From IMG/VR virus record IMGVR_UViG_3300045988_159113: 64,000 bases of DNA; one strand, written 5' to 3'. Below the pieces are notes generated by a model. It was not told where the DNA came from. It ran no database searches and saw only the letters and a program-made list of their open reading frames with translations. Positions 41,288 to 52,131 of the stretch are shown in pieces (the stretch's first letter is position 1; each line of letters begins with the position of its first letter). The DNA comes from a virus. The translations under genes were made by a program, and so were the position numbers.

Positions 41288-41521
41288 TTACCATTTATTT
41301 AATTTACATTTCTCATCTTTTACTGTTATCTTACTCTCTATTATACAGCCACACTTTTTGCAAATAAATCCAAAAAGTGGTATATATAGTTTTTGATCGC
41401 ACGAACGGCAAGCCGCGTATCTCTTCCTGGAAAACTCAGGATAAATATGGAATAAGTTCTTGAAATTCCCTTCGAGAATATTCCACATTTTATGAGCGAT
41501 CATCAAAATCATATTCACCAT
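41288..41521 (-). CDS. Small Cys-rich protein, paralog of 41515-41778
   Basis: The ATG overlaps the upstream TGA (ATGGTGA). It contains CRSCDQK...CKKCGC...KCKLNKW and ends in -KW. Confidence 0.55.
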   Translation of the reverse strand: MVNMILMIAHKMWNILEGNFKNLFHIYPEFSRKRYAACRSCDQKLYIPLFGFICKKCGCIIESKITVKDEKCKLNKW

Positions 41522-41778
41522 TTTCCTGCAACACATTCCGCTGTCGAATTACTCCATTTAAATTTTAACATACAACCGCAACCTCTAACAAATCCTTTGC
41601 GTGCTTCAAAAGCAATATCATCATTTTCTGGATTTATCCATAGATTGCTATTACATATTCCTCCATGACTTGAGGAAAATATTGGGCACTTCTCACATAT
41701 CTGTTGCCTAATTTCGATGTAATCTTTGTCTAGTCCAAGCTTCTTACTTACATCTTCATCAAGAAATTTCTCTATCAT
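41515..41778 (-). CDS. Small Cys-rich protein
   Basis: Intact ORF containing CEKCP...GGICNS...GCGCMLKFK...CVAGKW. It ends in -KW like its neighbour. Confidence 0.6.
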   Translation of the reverse strand: MIEKFLDEDVSKKLGLDKDYIEIRQQICEKCPIFSSSHGGICNSNLWINPENDDIAFEARKGFVRGCGCMLKFKWSNSTAECVAGKW

Positions 41779-41781
41779 AAA

Positions 41782-42609
41782 TCAAAAAATTAAAGGTTTC
41801 ATTTTCTGCATAGTGTCTTCATGTTTTAGCTTCTTCTGATAATATGAAATCATATTCTCCACTTCATCCTTCAGATAGTCACACTTGTACATAGTACCAG
41901 CACCTGTTGTTGGATCAATGTGATAGATTATGAGTTCCTTGACTTTTAGCTCTGGTTTTATTTTTGTCAACATCCAGGCATAAGTAGACACTTGTAGTTG
42001 GTACTCGTTAAAATTACAATTGTCAAATTTGTTTAATGGATACAGCATCCGTTGTGTTGTCCTTGTCTGCTGATTATAGGACGCAGCTTTTTTGTTAATC
42101 TTACTGTTAGTTTTGAAGTCAATGACAATGATATCATTGAGATCTTTAACTAGAAGGTCAACTTTACCATTTAGTCGAAAATCACCGTCCTCGTACCTGA
42201 TAGAAAATTCAGAATACGCGCCGCGAGGTAAGTCCAAATCTGAGTAGTCATTCATAAATTCAAACTTACCTCCCAGCCCGAATCGTTCCAGGGTCTGTTT
42301 GCCGCCCTTGAAGGAATCCTCCAGCTGTTTGTGGATGATAGTTCCACGGTCACAGGCGTCTTGTTTGCTTTTCTGCCACTGATCAAGTATATTCTGCTTT
42401 TCCCGATTGAAGTCTGTTTCATTTATATCATACAACATCAACAGGTCCGTGTCTATCTTATGTTTAGAAAGTACCGATTTTTTTTCAACCTACCATCTGT
42501 CTTTTGGTATCAATCTCTCGAGTGCTTTTACTCCACTCCAAAACTCCTTATCGAAGGGCGCTACAAATGAGTGAATTAAATCGGTTACATTTATATTATG
42601 TGTAGACAT
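41782..42609 (-). CDS. PD-(D/E)XK family nuclease (exonuclease-like)
   Basis: The ATG at 42609 is in frame with ORF 41782-42441 through 1 TAG. Motifs: GTIIHKQLE, GKVDLLV...IIVIDFKT, YQLQVSTYAWML. Confidence 0.6.
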
Positions 42610-42645
42610 TTTTCCGTTCTCCATTTAAACATTCAACATTATAAT

Positions 42646-42879
42646 TTAATCTTTGGATGACTTACTCTGAAACTCTAACAGTTTAGATTTGTATGAGTAA
42701 TCCATACCAATTAAGGAACCAGCGAAAGTACACGTTTCACCAAATGCTATAAGTACCGAAGAGTGAATCACGCCCATTGGTGGAACTGTAAATCCAGCGA
42801 CAAGAAGCAACAGTCCAGCGGTCAATATTACAGAAGCCATGCGGAGCTGAAATCTTAGCTTCCTTTCTTTCTGATTCAT
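42646..42879 (-). CDS. Small membrane protein with two TM segments (77 aa)
   Basis: Intact track ORF with two hydrophobic segments. Confidence 0.55.
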   Translation of the reverse strand: MNQKERKLRFQLRMASVILTAGLLLLVAGFTVPPMGVIHSSVLIAFGETCTFAGSLIGMDYSYKSKLLEFQSKSSKD

Positions 42880-42971
42880 ATGAAACTTAATTTTTAAAAA
42901 TTGACATATATCTTGATTGGTTTATATTCTACGCAATAATACTATTATTGTTACATAAAATAGCAGCAATT

Positions 42972-43610
42972 ATGGTACATCTCTTAAAAAAGGGATCCGG
43001 CATTCATATAAAAAAATCACATGAGGGAAGATTTACGGAATATTGCGGAGGCAATGTGACAGAAGAATGCATACGGAGAGGGAAAAACTCCCCGGATCCA
43101 AAAATACGAAAACAGGCAGTCTTTGCATAGAATGCCAGAAAATTCAAACACCAAGACGGCGGCTCCATTTATGGAGCACCTTAGATATAGACAAATGGAA
43201 ATCTCTCGCAGCAATGGAAATAGCAGCAAGAGATGGCTGCGCAAAATTTCAACCAAAGCATGGAGTGGGAAAAACAGCTTGATGAAATGAAGCGCATGCA
43301 AGAATCACAGGCTCTTGGTAAAAGCATAGGAAATACTGTTGGCTCTTTAGTTGGTACCGGTATGCAAGCAATTGCACAAAATATCAGAGAAAGAAGAGCT
43401 GGTAGCGAAGAAGGAGAAGTGAAAGGAAATTCTCAACAGCCAACAGTACCATAGGCTACGACATCATATCAAATGCCATAGCTTCCAACATCATTGCAAG
43501 GAATTAACAACATGATGAGAAATCCTTTCGCAATTCCACAACAAATGCCTACTATGATGAACGGTGGCAATATAGAACGCTTAATCAGAAAAATAGACAG
43601 ACATGGATGA
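42972..43610 (+). CDS. Gln-rich late protein (212 aa)
   Basis: ATG at 42972. ORFs 42948-43130 and 43233-43454 are in frame. 6 TAGs, TGA at 43608. Confidence 0.65.
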
Positions 43611-44868
43611 ATTGTTCTCTACATATAAGGCCGTTGAGCCGATGCTAGTATAGGAAGAAATAGAAATCCCAGATTTAAATACAACATCAAGATATGATAC
43701 TTTTCTTGAAACATTAAATAGGTACAGAGAAGCATAGGGTCAAAAATAGCCAGAAGCATAGAAACAAGATGATAACCAAAACTGGTTCACTAATACAAAA
43801 ATAAGACAGACGACACCTTCTGTCTCAAACCTCGCAACAGCTATTGACTATACAACAAAAGACCTATAGACGATGTTGAATGAATAGGGGCTTGATAAAT
43901 ATATAAGAATAACAAGTGGATTCCGAGATCATAATGTAGGAAAAGCTGGCAACAGATCAAATCATAGAAAGAAAAACAAACACGGACATTCTATGGCTTA
44001 TGATATAGCTCCAGCATAGGGAGAAACTTTTGATTCTATATATTAGAAAATGAAGGAGAACCCTGCAATGTAGCAATGGTTATCTCAAAATGGTTTTAAT
44101 ATAAACGACGAAACAGATGCTGCAACATTAAGACGGACAGGAGGAACTGGTGCTCATTTTCATATTGGACCTGATAAGTTTAATATTAGAAAAGGATAGT
44201 CTGGTTTTGATACGTCAAATTTGTTTTCGGCATATAAAGCTGTAGAGTTACCTATTAAGCCAATCATTAAACCGGTAATTCCAAACATTGAATATAATAG
44301 TACAGGTATGCCAGATATATATATTGGTAGCAACACGCCAACTTAGCAAAGCGAATAGAAAGCTGATGATGACCAGTCGTGGTTCTCAAATACAAAACTA
44401 AGAAAAACGCCAACTGCTCCTGTAGTATTACCAAAGTAGAAAGAGAATGAGGCTGCAATAAATAGTCCAACTTTTGATTCTGATTTTCAAAAATTCGGAA
44501 CGTCAAAAATATTCTCTGATCACAAGAATTTCTGGAAACGTCTTGCATTTTCCGAATCAAGCCTAAATTCATAGGCTTCAAATAAAAGCGGAGCTTTCGG
44601 ATATTTTCAGATAATGCCACAGTCTAGAACTGGGGTTGACGTAGCATCTCAATTTAAAGATGCGGAAAAATTAATGACATCACACATGTCATTAATAAAC
44701 GACGAAGATCGCAAACTAGCACAACAAAAAGGAATAACAGAAGAAGGACTGATGGCTGGCGTTTGGCTAGGAGGTCCTGGAGGAGTAAAAAAAGCACTGA
44801 GAAGTCAGGGAAACGCAAAAGACTCGAATGGTACATCAGTGATGAGTTACATGAAAAAGTTTTCGTAA
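43603..44868 (+). CDS. Two-domain peptidoglycan hydrolase (M15-type metallopeptidase plus lytic transglycosylase)
   Basis: The ATG overlaps the upstream stop. It is in frame with ORF 44614-44868, with about 14 TAGs. Motifs: ITSGFRD..NRSNH..GHSMAYDI...GAHFHIG (M15-like) and FSESSLNS-Q-ASNKSGAFGYFQIM (SLT E-S motif). Confidence 0.7.
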
Positions 44869-44931
44869 TAATAGATAAAACGTTTTATGAAATTTCTGAG
44901 ACAAACCCAGGAAGAAGCTTATAAATAAAAT

Positions 44932-44972
44932 AAAAAAAAGTCCGAGAAATAAAACTCTCGGACTTTTTTTTT
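44932..44972. terminator. Bidirectional intrinsic terminator between convergent genes
   Basis: A8-GTCCGAGA-aataaaac-TCTCGGAC-T9. Confidence 0.7.
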
Positions 44973-44992
44973 ATGTGGCAAATCTACAATCA

Positions 44993-46045
44993 TTATTTTA
45001 CATACTATCTTTCCAACGTTTTACCAGCATCAATTCTTGGTTTCTATAATACCGGAATACTGATCTCATTTCCTTTTGTATCATGAACGACTTTCTCACC
45101 AACTTGCTTCCATCCATATTCTGTTTTGAATCTATTAAGTCCATGAACTCCTCCGGGGCTTAGATTTCCATATGTAGATAAAAATTCACCTTCCGGAAAA
45201 TCTGCAGCATAGGTATCAAAAAGAAACTTCTTCTCATTTGGGCTTAACATCTGTCTCCCATCTACTCCGTGGAATGTATCAGCTGTCTTAAAATGAACGC
45301 TATGATATCCTGGCTCAAGATCATCAACCCTTTCGAAGAATGAAGGTTTTCCTTCTAGCCTGTAACGAGTCGCAGGATTCCATCCTTGATAATTACGCCA
45401 TACCTTAACCTCTGGTCCCTCTTTTATTACTCTCGTTGCTTCATATGGATACAAGGCTTGACTTACGCTTTCTGTAGTCTGTGCTCCATGCTATATTCCA
45501 GTCTCTGCTGCTTTAGCTTCTGCTTCTAAAACTTTAGAATTTATTTTTATTGCCCCATCAGCAGCTCTAACAACAGGAGCAGCTACCATAGCAACATCAA
45601 CTGCAGACTTTAATATTAGAGGATATGTGACTTTTGCAAGATCACTAGCTGATGAGTTCGGATCGTCCCATACCGCGTTTGCATGATCAACTAAACCATC
45701 AGCTCCTGAAAAAGTGTTGTATAATCCAGTCGCACCACTAGCAAATGCCATAGGACCAGGTGCAAAAGTCCAACCAAGCATATTGGCAATACCGACAAAT
45801 GGCTTGCTTCCTCTCTCCATAGCAGCGTTGAAATAACGAGCACCACGCGCCGCTTCAATCTTACGCCTCTCAGCATCAGATAACTCAGCACCCTACGGTA
45901 TCATATCACTCGATGTAGCTGGTGCTCCTATACCTGCACCTTCAGGTGTCACGGTTATCCATTCGAAATTCCCAACTCTTCCAAGTGGATTATCTGGCGT
46001 ACGTTCAACCTACTCGTATTTTATAGATTCCTTTTTCTTACTCAT
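44993..46045 (-). CDS. Hypothetical late protein (350 aa)
   Basis: ATG at 46045. ORFs 45491-45820 and 45044-45454 are in frame. 5 TAGs. Length 1053 nt. Confidence 0.7.
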
Positions 46046-46081
46046 TGCAAAAATATTTATTTTGCAATTATAATATAAAAA

Positions 46082-46184
46082 CCCGATGCTCTTTTCTAAG
46101 AAAGAACACCGGGCCGAATTAATTATTTAATCGTGAATGAGTTTCTGTTTTAAAGCCCGATGCTTTTTTCTAAAAACACCAGGC
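46082..46184 (-). terminator. Two tandem related hairpins (46082-46113 and 46155-46184) after the small-gene operon
   Basis: On the minus strand, CCCGGTGTTCTTTCTTAGAAAAGAGCATCGGG is followed by TTTTT. A second, similar copy follows. Confidence 0.45.
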
Positions 46185-46208
46185 CGAAAGTTTTCATTAT
46201 CAATTTTT

Positions 46209-46400
46209 TCACTTATAGTATAAAACCTCATGTCCTGTAAGGCTCAGGGTTTCATATATCAACTTGATCGTTTCGGCATTATCATCCTTGGAGATCAATA
46301 TATCCTTTGGAATCATTATCCTATCGTAATGATTCAGAAACTCAACATCTGGCTACTTAGCCTGTTCAATGTCAAGTGTTACAGTTCTGATGTTTCCCAT
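46209..46400 (-). CDS. Small protein (63 aa)
   Basis: Start is a TAATG overlap. Sequence MGNIRTVTLDIEQAK-Q-PDVEF... 1 TAG, TGA stop. Confidence 0.45.
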
Positions 46401-46567
46401 TATCGTACACTTAAAGCGTTCAGATCATCTTGATAGTCAAGCCACCACTGTCTGTTTGTCCAGCCATTAGCGCGAGCCATCTCGTCAATCTCGGTTGCAC
46501 GATCAATAACACGACGCGCCTATCTCTTCAGCAACCACTCAATAAACATATAGATTTTACCTTTCAT
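46400..46567 (-). CDS. Small protein (55 aa)
   Basis: Start is an ATGA overlap. Sequence MKGKIYMFIEWLLKR-Q-ARRVIDR... 1 TAG, TAA stop. Confidence 0.45.
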
Positions 46568-46713
46568 GATACAATCATTGTGTTCGATTCGTACTTTCCA
46601 CTATTTACAAACTTCGTGGCCTCATCTTCCGTGTCAAATATTCTGACTTGTGTTACAAAATTCTCACCATCGAAAATCTTGCGATACACCTTGTTCTTGT
46701 CCTGGGTATACAT
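46564..46713 (-). CDS. Small protein (49 aa)
   Basis: Start is a TAATG overlap. Sequence MYTQDKNKVYRKIFDGENF... TGA stop. Confidence 0.45.
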   Translation of the reverse strand: MYTQDKNKVYRKIFDGENFVTQVRIFDTEDEATKFVNSGKYESNTMIVS

Positions 46714-47027
46714 TAACATTCACATTTTATACATTTAACAAACTTGAAATCATCATGAGAACCAGGAAGATGGCTCAGATCAGGGCGAGTAGATACAATC
46801 GTATATACCCCATTAAAAAAATAGTATAACTCAACCGTCCTCCCTACAACGTCCTCCTTACGTTGCCCGTTTGAGTTAAGCTCACAAAAAGCCTTCTCTA
46901 AGTCATCTTCCTTTATGTTGTCTCTTATGATTTCTATATCATTCTCATCAAGCTTTAATTTCTTCAGCTTCTTTTTCAAATCGCGACACTGAAACAATTT
47001 CTCGCGATATTTGAATATAGTTCCCAT
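46713..47027 (-). CDS. Hypothetical protein (104 aa), TAG-free
   Basis: Intact track ORF. Its ATG lies 18 nt downstream of the tRNA 3' end. Confidence 0.6.
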   Translation of the reverse strand: MGTIFKYREKLFQCRDLKKKLKKLKLDENDIEIIRDNIKEDDLEKAFCELNSNGQRKEDVVGRTVELYYFFNGVYTIVSTRPDLSHLPGSHDDFKFVKCIKCEC

Positions 47028-47045
47028 TCATTCGCTCATTACTAG

Positions 47046-47121
47046 TAGGGACGCCAGGATTCGAACCCGGTCCAAGAGGGTTAGAGCCTCCTGTGCAATG
47101 AACCACATACACCACATCCCT
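47046..47121 (-). tRNA. Amber-suppressor tRNA, anticodon CUA (reads UAG)
   Basis: Minus-strand sequence AGGGATG TG GTGT-atgtggttcatt-GCAC A GGAGG-CTCTAAC-CCTCT TGGA CCGGG-TTCGAAT-CCTGG CGTCCCT A. The fold has a 7-bp acceptor stem, a 4-bp D stem with GG in the loop, and a 5-bp anticodon stem. The anticodon loop has U33-CUA-A37, and the T-loop is canonical. CCA is not encoded. Confidence 0.85.
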
Positions 47122-47130
47122 ATTTAGTAA

Positions 47131-47502
47131 TCACATTCTCATATTTTCAAGATTATGAATTTTCTTTCCTATCACCGCATTCACACACTGCTTGAACTCA
47201 TTGATGCCATGACGAACGGCACCATAGTCTTCAGTAGAATCACAAAGCTCTGCAAGCTTTCTAACACCTCCATCAGTCGTCTTGTTCATAAGATCACAAG
47301 CCTCAACAAAAACATCATCATCAAGTCTTGCTATCTGCTCACGAAATTCACTGATGAACTCAGGAACACTTGGCTCCTCGGTGATCTTTACCATGTAGCT
47401 GTTGTCATCAAAATCATACTCAACAACACGATCACCACTTCTAAACTTTCCCTTCGGGTTCTTCTACGCCGCACTAAGCAGCTAACTTATCATATCCTGC
47501 AT
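47131..47502 (-). CDS. Hypothetical protein (123 aa) immediately upstream of the suppressor tRNA
   Basis: The ATG at 47502 (MQDMIS-Q-LLSAA-Q-KNPKG) is in frame with ORF 47131-47394. TAGs occur at codons 7 and 13. The TGA lies 9 nt before the tRNA. Confidence 0.6.
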
Positions 47503-47535
47503 ATTGTCATTGTTTATTGGTTACATTGCAATCAT

Positions 47536-47590
47536 AATATAAAAAATGCCAAAACCCAAATTTTTTGTGTTAATTTAGGTTAAGGCATAT
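47536..47590 (-). terminator. Imperfect long hairpin plus T-run
   Basis: On the minus strand, ATGCCTTAACCTAAAT...ATTTGGGTTTTGGCAT is followed by TTTTT. Confidence 0.4.
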
Positions 47591-47601
47591 GTTAAAAAGT
47601 G

Positions 47602-47904
47602 TCACAGCGAATAAAGTATCGCTCCGATCATCATAACTACGGAATTCAAAACTCCACCTAGCGTTGTAAACAATACGTCGATCTTATCTGCTCGATAGTC
47701 TACCGCTTCTTTCACAATACCAGCAACAGCAGCAACAACAACTCCACCAAGGGAGACAGCAACGACAAGCCAACCAGTCAACCCTTCCTACATGGATAGG
47801 ATGTTTGTTATAATCGATGCTATCACGTAACCAAGAGATACATGTTCCAAAAGGTTTGTGTGCTCTTCAAAGAAAGAGCGCAACCTTTTCTTTAACTTAC
47901 TCAT
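47602..47904 (-). CDS. Membrane protein (100 aa, 2-3 TM segments; holin-like by shape only)
   Basis: Read by eye: MSKLKKRLRSFFEEH...WLVVAVSLGGVVVAAVAGIV...VVMMIGAILYSL. 1 TAG. Length 303 nt. Confidence 0.55.
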
Positions 47905-47910
47905 TATTTA

Positions 47911-49710
47911 TTAAATTATAGTCCAACCTTTCGCGAGAGCTGCGGCTTTCTATTCGTCGCTAATCGCCCACATCGCGTTTTTCTTTAATGTTGCAGATCT
48001 TACAAGGCTTGTGCTCGCATCATCATCGCCTTTTTCTATGGTCAGATCTGTCAAGTTATCAATCAAATATGCTATACTGTCAGCATCCAAAGCTGGAAGC
48101 CAAGACGAGAAATCCCAATTGCCATGATTCAATCGCTAGATTCTTACATCTGTCAGCTTATCGCAACCATTGAATGCATTTTTTATGTTAATCCCCTCGG
48201 GCTTGACATATCGCATATCAAGCACAGGACCTATCTTGACAAGGTTATTGCAAGACTCAAAAGCCTATGGCATAAATTCTACAATAAGCAAATTATCATC
48301 AGCAAATCTATCCGTGCCATATTGCGGTATCTCTGTGATCTTGAAGCAATAATCACAGAACCACCCGATGTTCGTACTCCTGTATGCTCGCGTTTCATCA
48401 TTCACATACGCAGCGCTCCAATGAATACTCGGAAGCTCCAAGAGATTATTGCACTGTTCAAAAGCTGCTGATAGATCTCTTGCCCATGCTACCTTGTTCA
48501 TATGGATATGGCGCACCTCATGCATCCCTCCAAACATTCTATGCATAGATGATACTGCAGAAGTGTTGTTGAATGTTAATTCGTCAATATTGGTGCCACT
48601 CCAAGCATAACCGCCAGCCATGAATTCGATATCAAAATTGAAGGTCCAGTGGCCTTTCATGTCTGTATTATCCTTAAACCACGCATCGTCTGGATTCGCA
48701 TCTCCGGTAGTAAAAACTGCATAATTACTGAATACCTTAGTCTTACAATACTCTTTGAGCTACTACACAAATGCATCATTCCACATTCTGCCGGTAAACT
48801 GGACATATTCGACAGTCTCTACCTTACTCTCCGTATTATAGGAATACTTAACCAATCCATCCATGTTATCCAAAACGGGCATATAGGATCCGTTGCATTT
48901 GTGGATGATACTCTTGACGCCAGTGGACCAATCTCTAACTACAGTATCAACGATACCGTGATAGATAAGATTATCAAGATCCTTGACTCTATGATATACA
49001 AGATTCTCACCGATGTATGCATTATAGCACTCGCTCTTCGTTTTGTCAATAGGCGGTGTGAATTGCTTAGTGTGATAATCTAACCCGTCAACACTAACGA
49101 GCACATTTTGCATTTCAAGTCTCACCTAGTCTATGGTTCTTATCTTTGGCTTTATAACAACTGCTATATGATTACTGCCTACTCTATGTATAGTGACCGT
49201 GCGCTTGTCCTGGCTTATATCTGCAATACTTCCATGGCTCGTATCAACAATAAACTCAGAATCATCAAAGCGGCCATCTAAGAAATTTATAATGATGGGA
49301 TGATCACCGAAATCAAGGCATGCGTTGTCTTTATCGTCCTTAAAGTTGCTATCATTACCCCATAAGGTGATAGCTTCACACCATGGCTCATTTTTCCAGC
49401 CATTAGCCGCGAAGTTCTTGGTCATCCCTTTTGTTATATTCTTATTGCGACCGTCTTGAATATAACCCCAATAATGTGCTCCATTATTGAGATCTTTAAG
49501 AGCACCACCAGGAACACCTAAATCCCAAGGCCACCAGTAAATCCAATCGTTATTATAACAAGGAGCAAACCATAAACCGCGAACGTAATATCCGCCAGCA
49601 TCAGATGCGTATTTATACCAACTCCATAACGCATCACCCTTAGGTTTAGGTTCTGGATAAGAGAATCTCAAATGAACGACATCCTGGTTTCCTATTTTTA
49701 ACCCACTCAT
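47911..49710 (-). CDS. Large protein with a C-terminal BspA-type leucine-rich repeat region (599 aa)
   Basis: ORFs 49126-49710, 48763-49125, 48265-48660 and 47950-48132 share one frame and are joined only by TAGs (6, one pair tandem). LRR-like motifs: AFEQCNNLLELPSI, AFESCNNLVKIGPV, NAFNGCDKLTDVRI. Length 1800 nt. Confidence 0.65.
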
Positions 49711-49850
49711 TTGATAGCATATAAAACATTATCACTTTTTGGATCTAGTGCATCATACTCATCCTAAGAAAGTATTTGCACCTTGTCGCGGGCTGTCTAA
49801 TCACAAAGATCGTATACCTAGCCCTTTATGGTTATTTTGCTTATTTCCAT
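49707..49850 (-). CDS. Small protein (47 aa) carrying the fibre N-terminal motif
   Basis: MEISKITIKG-Q-VYDLCD-Q-TARDKVQILS-Q-DEYD.. resembles MADISKINLGGTVYNIKDSVARD of the fibre genes. 3 TAGs. The stop is an ATGA overlap. Confidence 0.5.
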
Positions 49851-49918
49851 AATGTAAAAAATTAATTCAGCAACAATTATAGTATTATTGTGTATAATTT
49901 TATAAATTTATATTAAAT

Positions 49919-51601
49919 ATGGCAAACGAATATAGAGCGAAATCATTCGCAGATGCTTTCAGACAAGCACGGAGAGATATCGGTAGTGGGGGGCAAGCGG
50001 TTTGGATCCGACCAAACGGCACACGCATGGTATTCAACACAAACCTCAAAGAAGAGATACCTGTAAATCAAACCGTTTATTCTCCTCTTCTTTCTAGCGA
50101 AGATGAAAGATTGGCGGAAAGAAGGTACAAAGAAGCTTTGGAATCATCAAGAAGAGCTTTGGCTTCAGAAATCGGTATTAATTTAGTACAAGGCAAAAAA
50201 GTGCCAACAAAAATGATACCATAGCTTGATGTACAAAACAAAGAGGTTGGAATATACCAAATTAATCCAAACGCAAGCTCCGAGGAAACAAGATGGATCA
50301 AAACACTTCCATAGATAGATGTGATTGCACAACGTACACATCACAAAATGAGAAAAAATTCCCAAACAGGAGAGCTTGAGTCTGCATAGGAGAATTTTTA
50401 CCCAGTTAAACCTGATTATGAAATTGGAAAAGGAAATAGTGTTCATTATAATTTCAACACAGGTGAATATGAGATGATAGATAAAAACGGAGAAATTCTC
50501 GCAACATCACCAGATGGTTCTGTTCTATCTGATCCTTCACTCTGGACTCAATCTCATAATGGAAGAAATGGAGACATCGAATAGTCAAAATAGACATTCG
50601 AATAGCAGAAAGCAGCAGAATAGATGGCCAACATGAGAAGAGACGAAGAAAATCACACAATCAATAGCCCATTACATATTCTTACAGATGAAAACGGGAA
50701 TATAGTTGTAGATAAAAATGGCAAACCTATATATAACGGATAGCTTACTACAGATCAAGTAGTAGATGGAATGAATTATGGCAAACAAATTTTCGTAGAT
50801 GCTGTTTAGAATTTTGGGCTCGATGGAGTCAATCACGCCATATTAGGCGGACTCAAAATGGCAACAGATGGAGATTATACATCAGACGATTATCTGAACG
50901 GATTCTTAGCATCCAAAGATCATGTAGGAGGAGCAGGAGACTTTTTCGAGGTAGAAGGACCAAAATCAAGATTCGCTTTGAATCTTATAAACCCAACATC
51001 ATTATTCACACTCGGGGCTACAACAAAGTTCAAATTGCCAGAGATGACTGTCGTAACAACTAAAGGATAGCCAATTCGCCTCAGTGTTCCAAATGCGCCG
51101 GCATCAATGTATAGAAGAGGAATGCAAGCGAATGAAGGAATGGGAACAATAACAAGAAATGTTGGACGAGGAGGACAAAAGTCTTGGGTCTAGCATGGAG
51201 GCAAACATGTTGCTGGTACAGGTTCACATATCGAGGTAATACCAACATAGAGTACAGGATTAATGTACACTCCTGGCGAAATTAGTATGCGACCACTCAC
51301 AACAATGACATATGATCTCTATCCAAAGAGGATATGGGAAACAAAACCAATCATACCAGCACTTAACGTGGAATATGAAGGTGGGCCAGAATCAACAGGC
51401 TATCAGTATGAAAGAATGTTAGGCAATCCTGATGAAGTAAACTCTTCGGCAGCACCAGATGTAGCAATGCCAGGAAATGTTACTGTAAACGGATCAAATG
51501 ACAAGATAAACAGAGGAAGATCAAACGGAAGAAGACTCCTCAAGAGAACAAAAGCAAGAAAATCAAGATAGGAAACAGGAAATATCGACATAAGTAATTA
51601 A
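49919..51601 (+). CDS. Large late protein of unknown function (560 aa)
   Basis: ORFs 49919-50224, 50858-51070 and 51263-51571 are in frame, with about 13 TAGs. Length 1683 nt. TAA at 51599. Confidence 0.7.
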
Positions 51602-51603
51602 TT

Positions 51604-52131
51604 ATGTTATCAGTAGAAGAAAGATTGAGACGAAAAGACGAGCTCATCAAAAATGGCTATAAAGTAGAACGAAACGCTAGCTGGGGACCAAACCTCAATA
51701 AGATGTATATGTCTATGAAAGCCAAAACTCCAAAAAAGAAATCCTGGGCACAAAGCGTAAAAGATGAAGGTCTAATCTCTGGAACGATGGATAAAATGGG
51801 AATAACAAATCCATACGCAAAGGTAGCAGCAGAATTTACTCCGTTAATACCAGGAATCGGAAACTATATCTCAGCAGCAAATGCAATTACTGATTTAGGA
51901 CGCGGACATTTCAAAGATGCTGCGTGGAATGCATTGTATGCACTACCTGTAGCAGGAAATGTAATGAAAGGATTAGGAATGGGAGCAAAAGCTCTGAAAG
52001 GCTTGAACGCAGTTGGAAGAGTAGGCGGCATAGCACAATGGGGAGATGTAATCGGACAGACAGCAGCACCAACAATCAAAACAATAAGGGACGCATGGAA
52101 CGACCCACAAACGGAAGAATATTATGGCTAA
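51604..52131 (+). CDS. Gly-rich protein (175 aa), TAG-free
   Basis: Intact track ORF with a TAA stop. Confidence 0.65.
   Translation: MLSVEERLRRKDELIKNGYKVERNASWGPNLNKMYMSMKAKTPKKKSWAQSVKDEGLISGTMDKMGITNPYAKVAAEFTPLIPGIGNYISAANAITDLGRGHFKDAAWNALYALPVAGNVMKGLGMGAKALKGLNAVGRVGGIAQWGDVIGQTAAPTIKTIRDAWNDPQTEEYYG

Noticed and set aside
47027-47046. An HDV-like (theta-type) ribozyme abutting the 3' end of the suppressor tRNA, as reported for some recoded gut phages
   Set aside because: Only about 18 nt separate the tRNA 3' end from the next ATG, which is too short for a nested double-pseudoknot ribozyme. I also could not fit the GUGA hairpins to an HDV-like P1/P3/L3 scheme, because the 4-nt L3 is too short.
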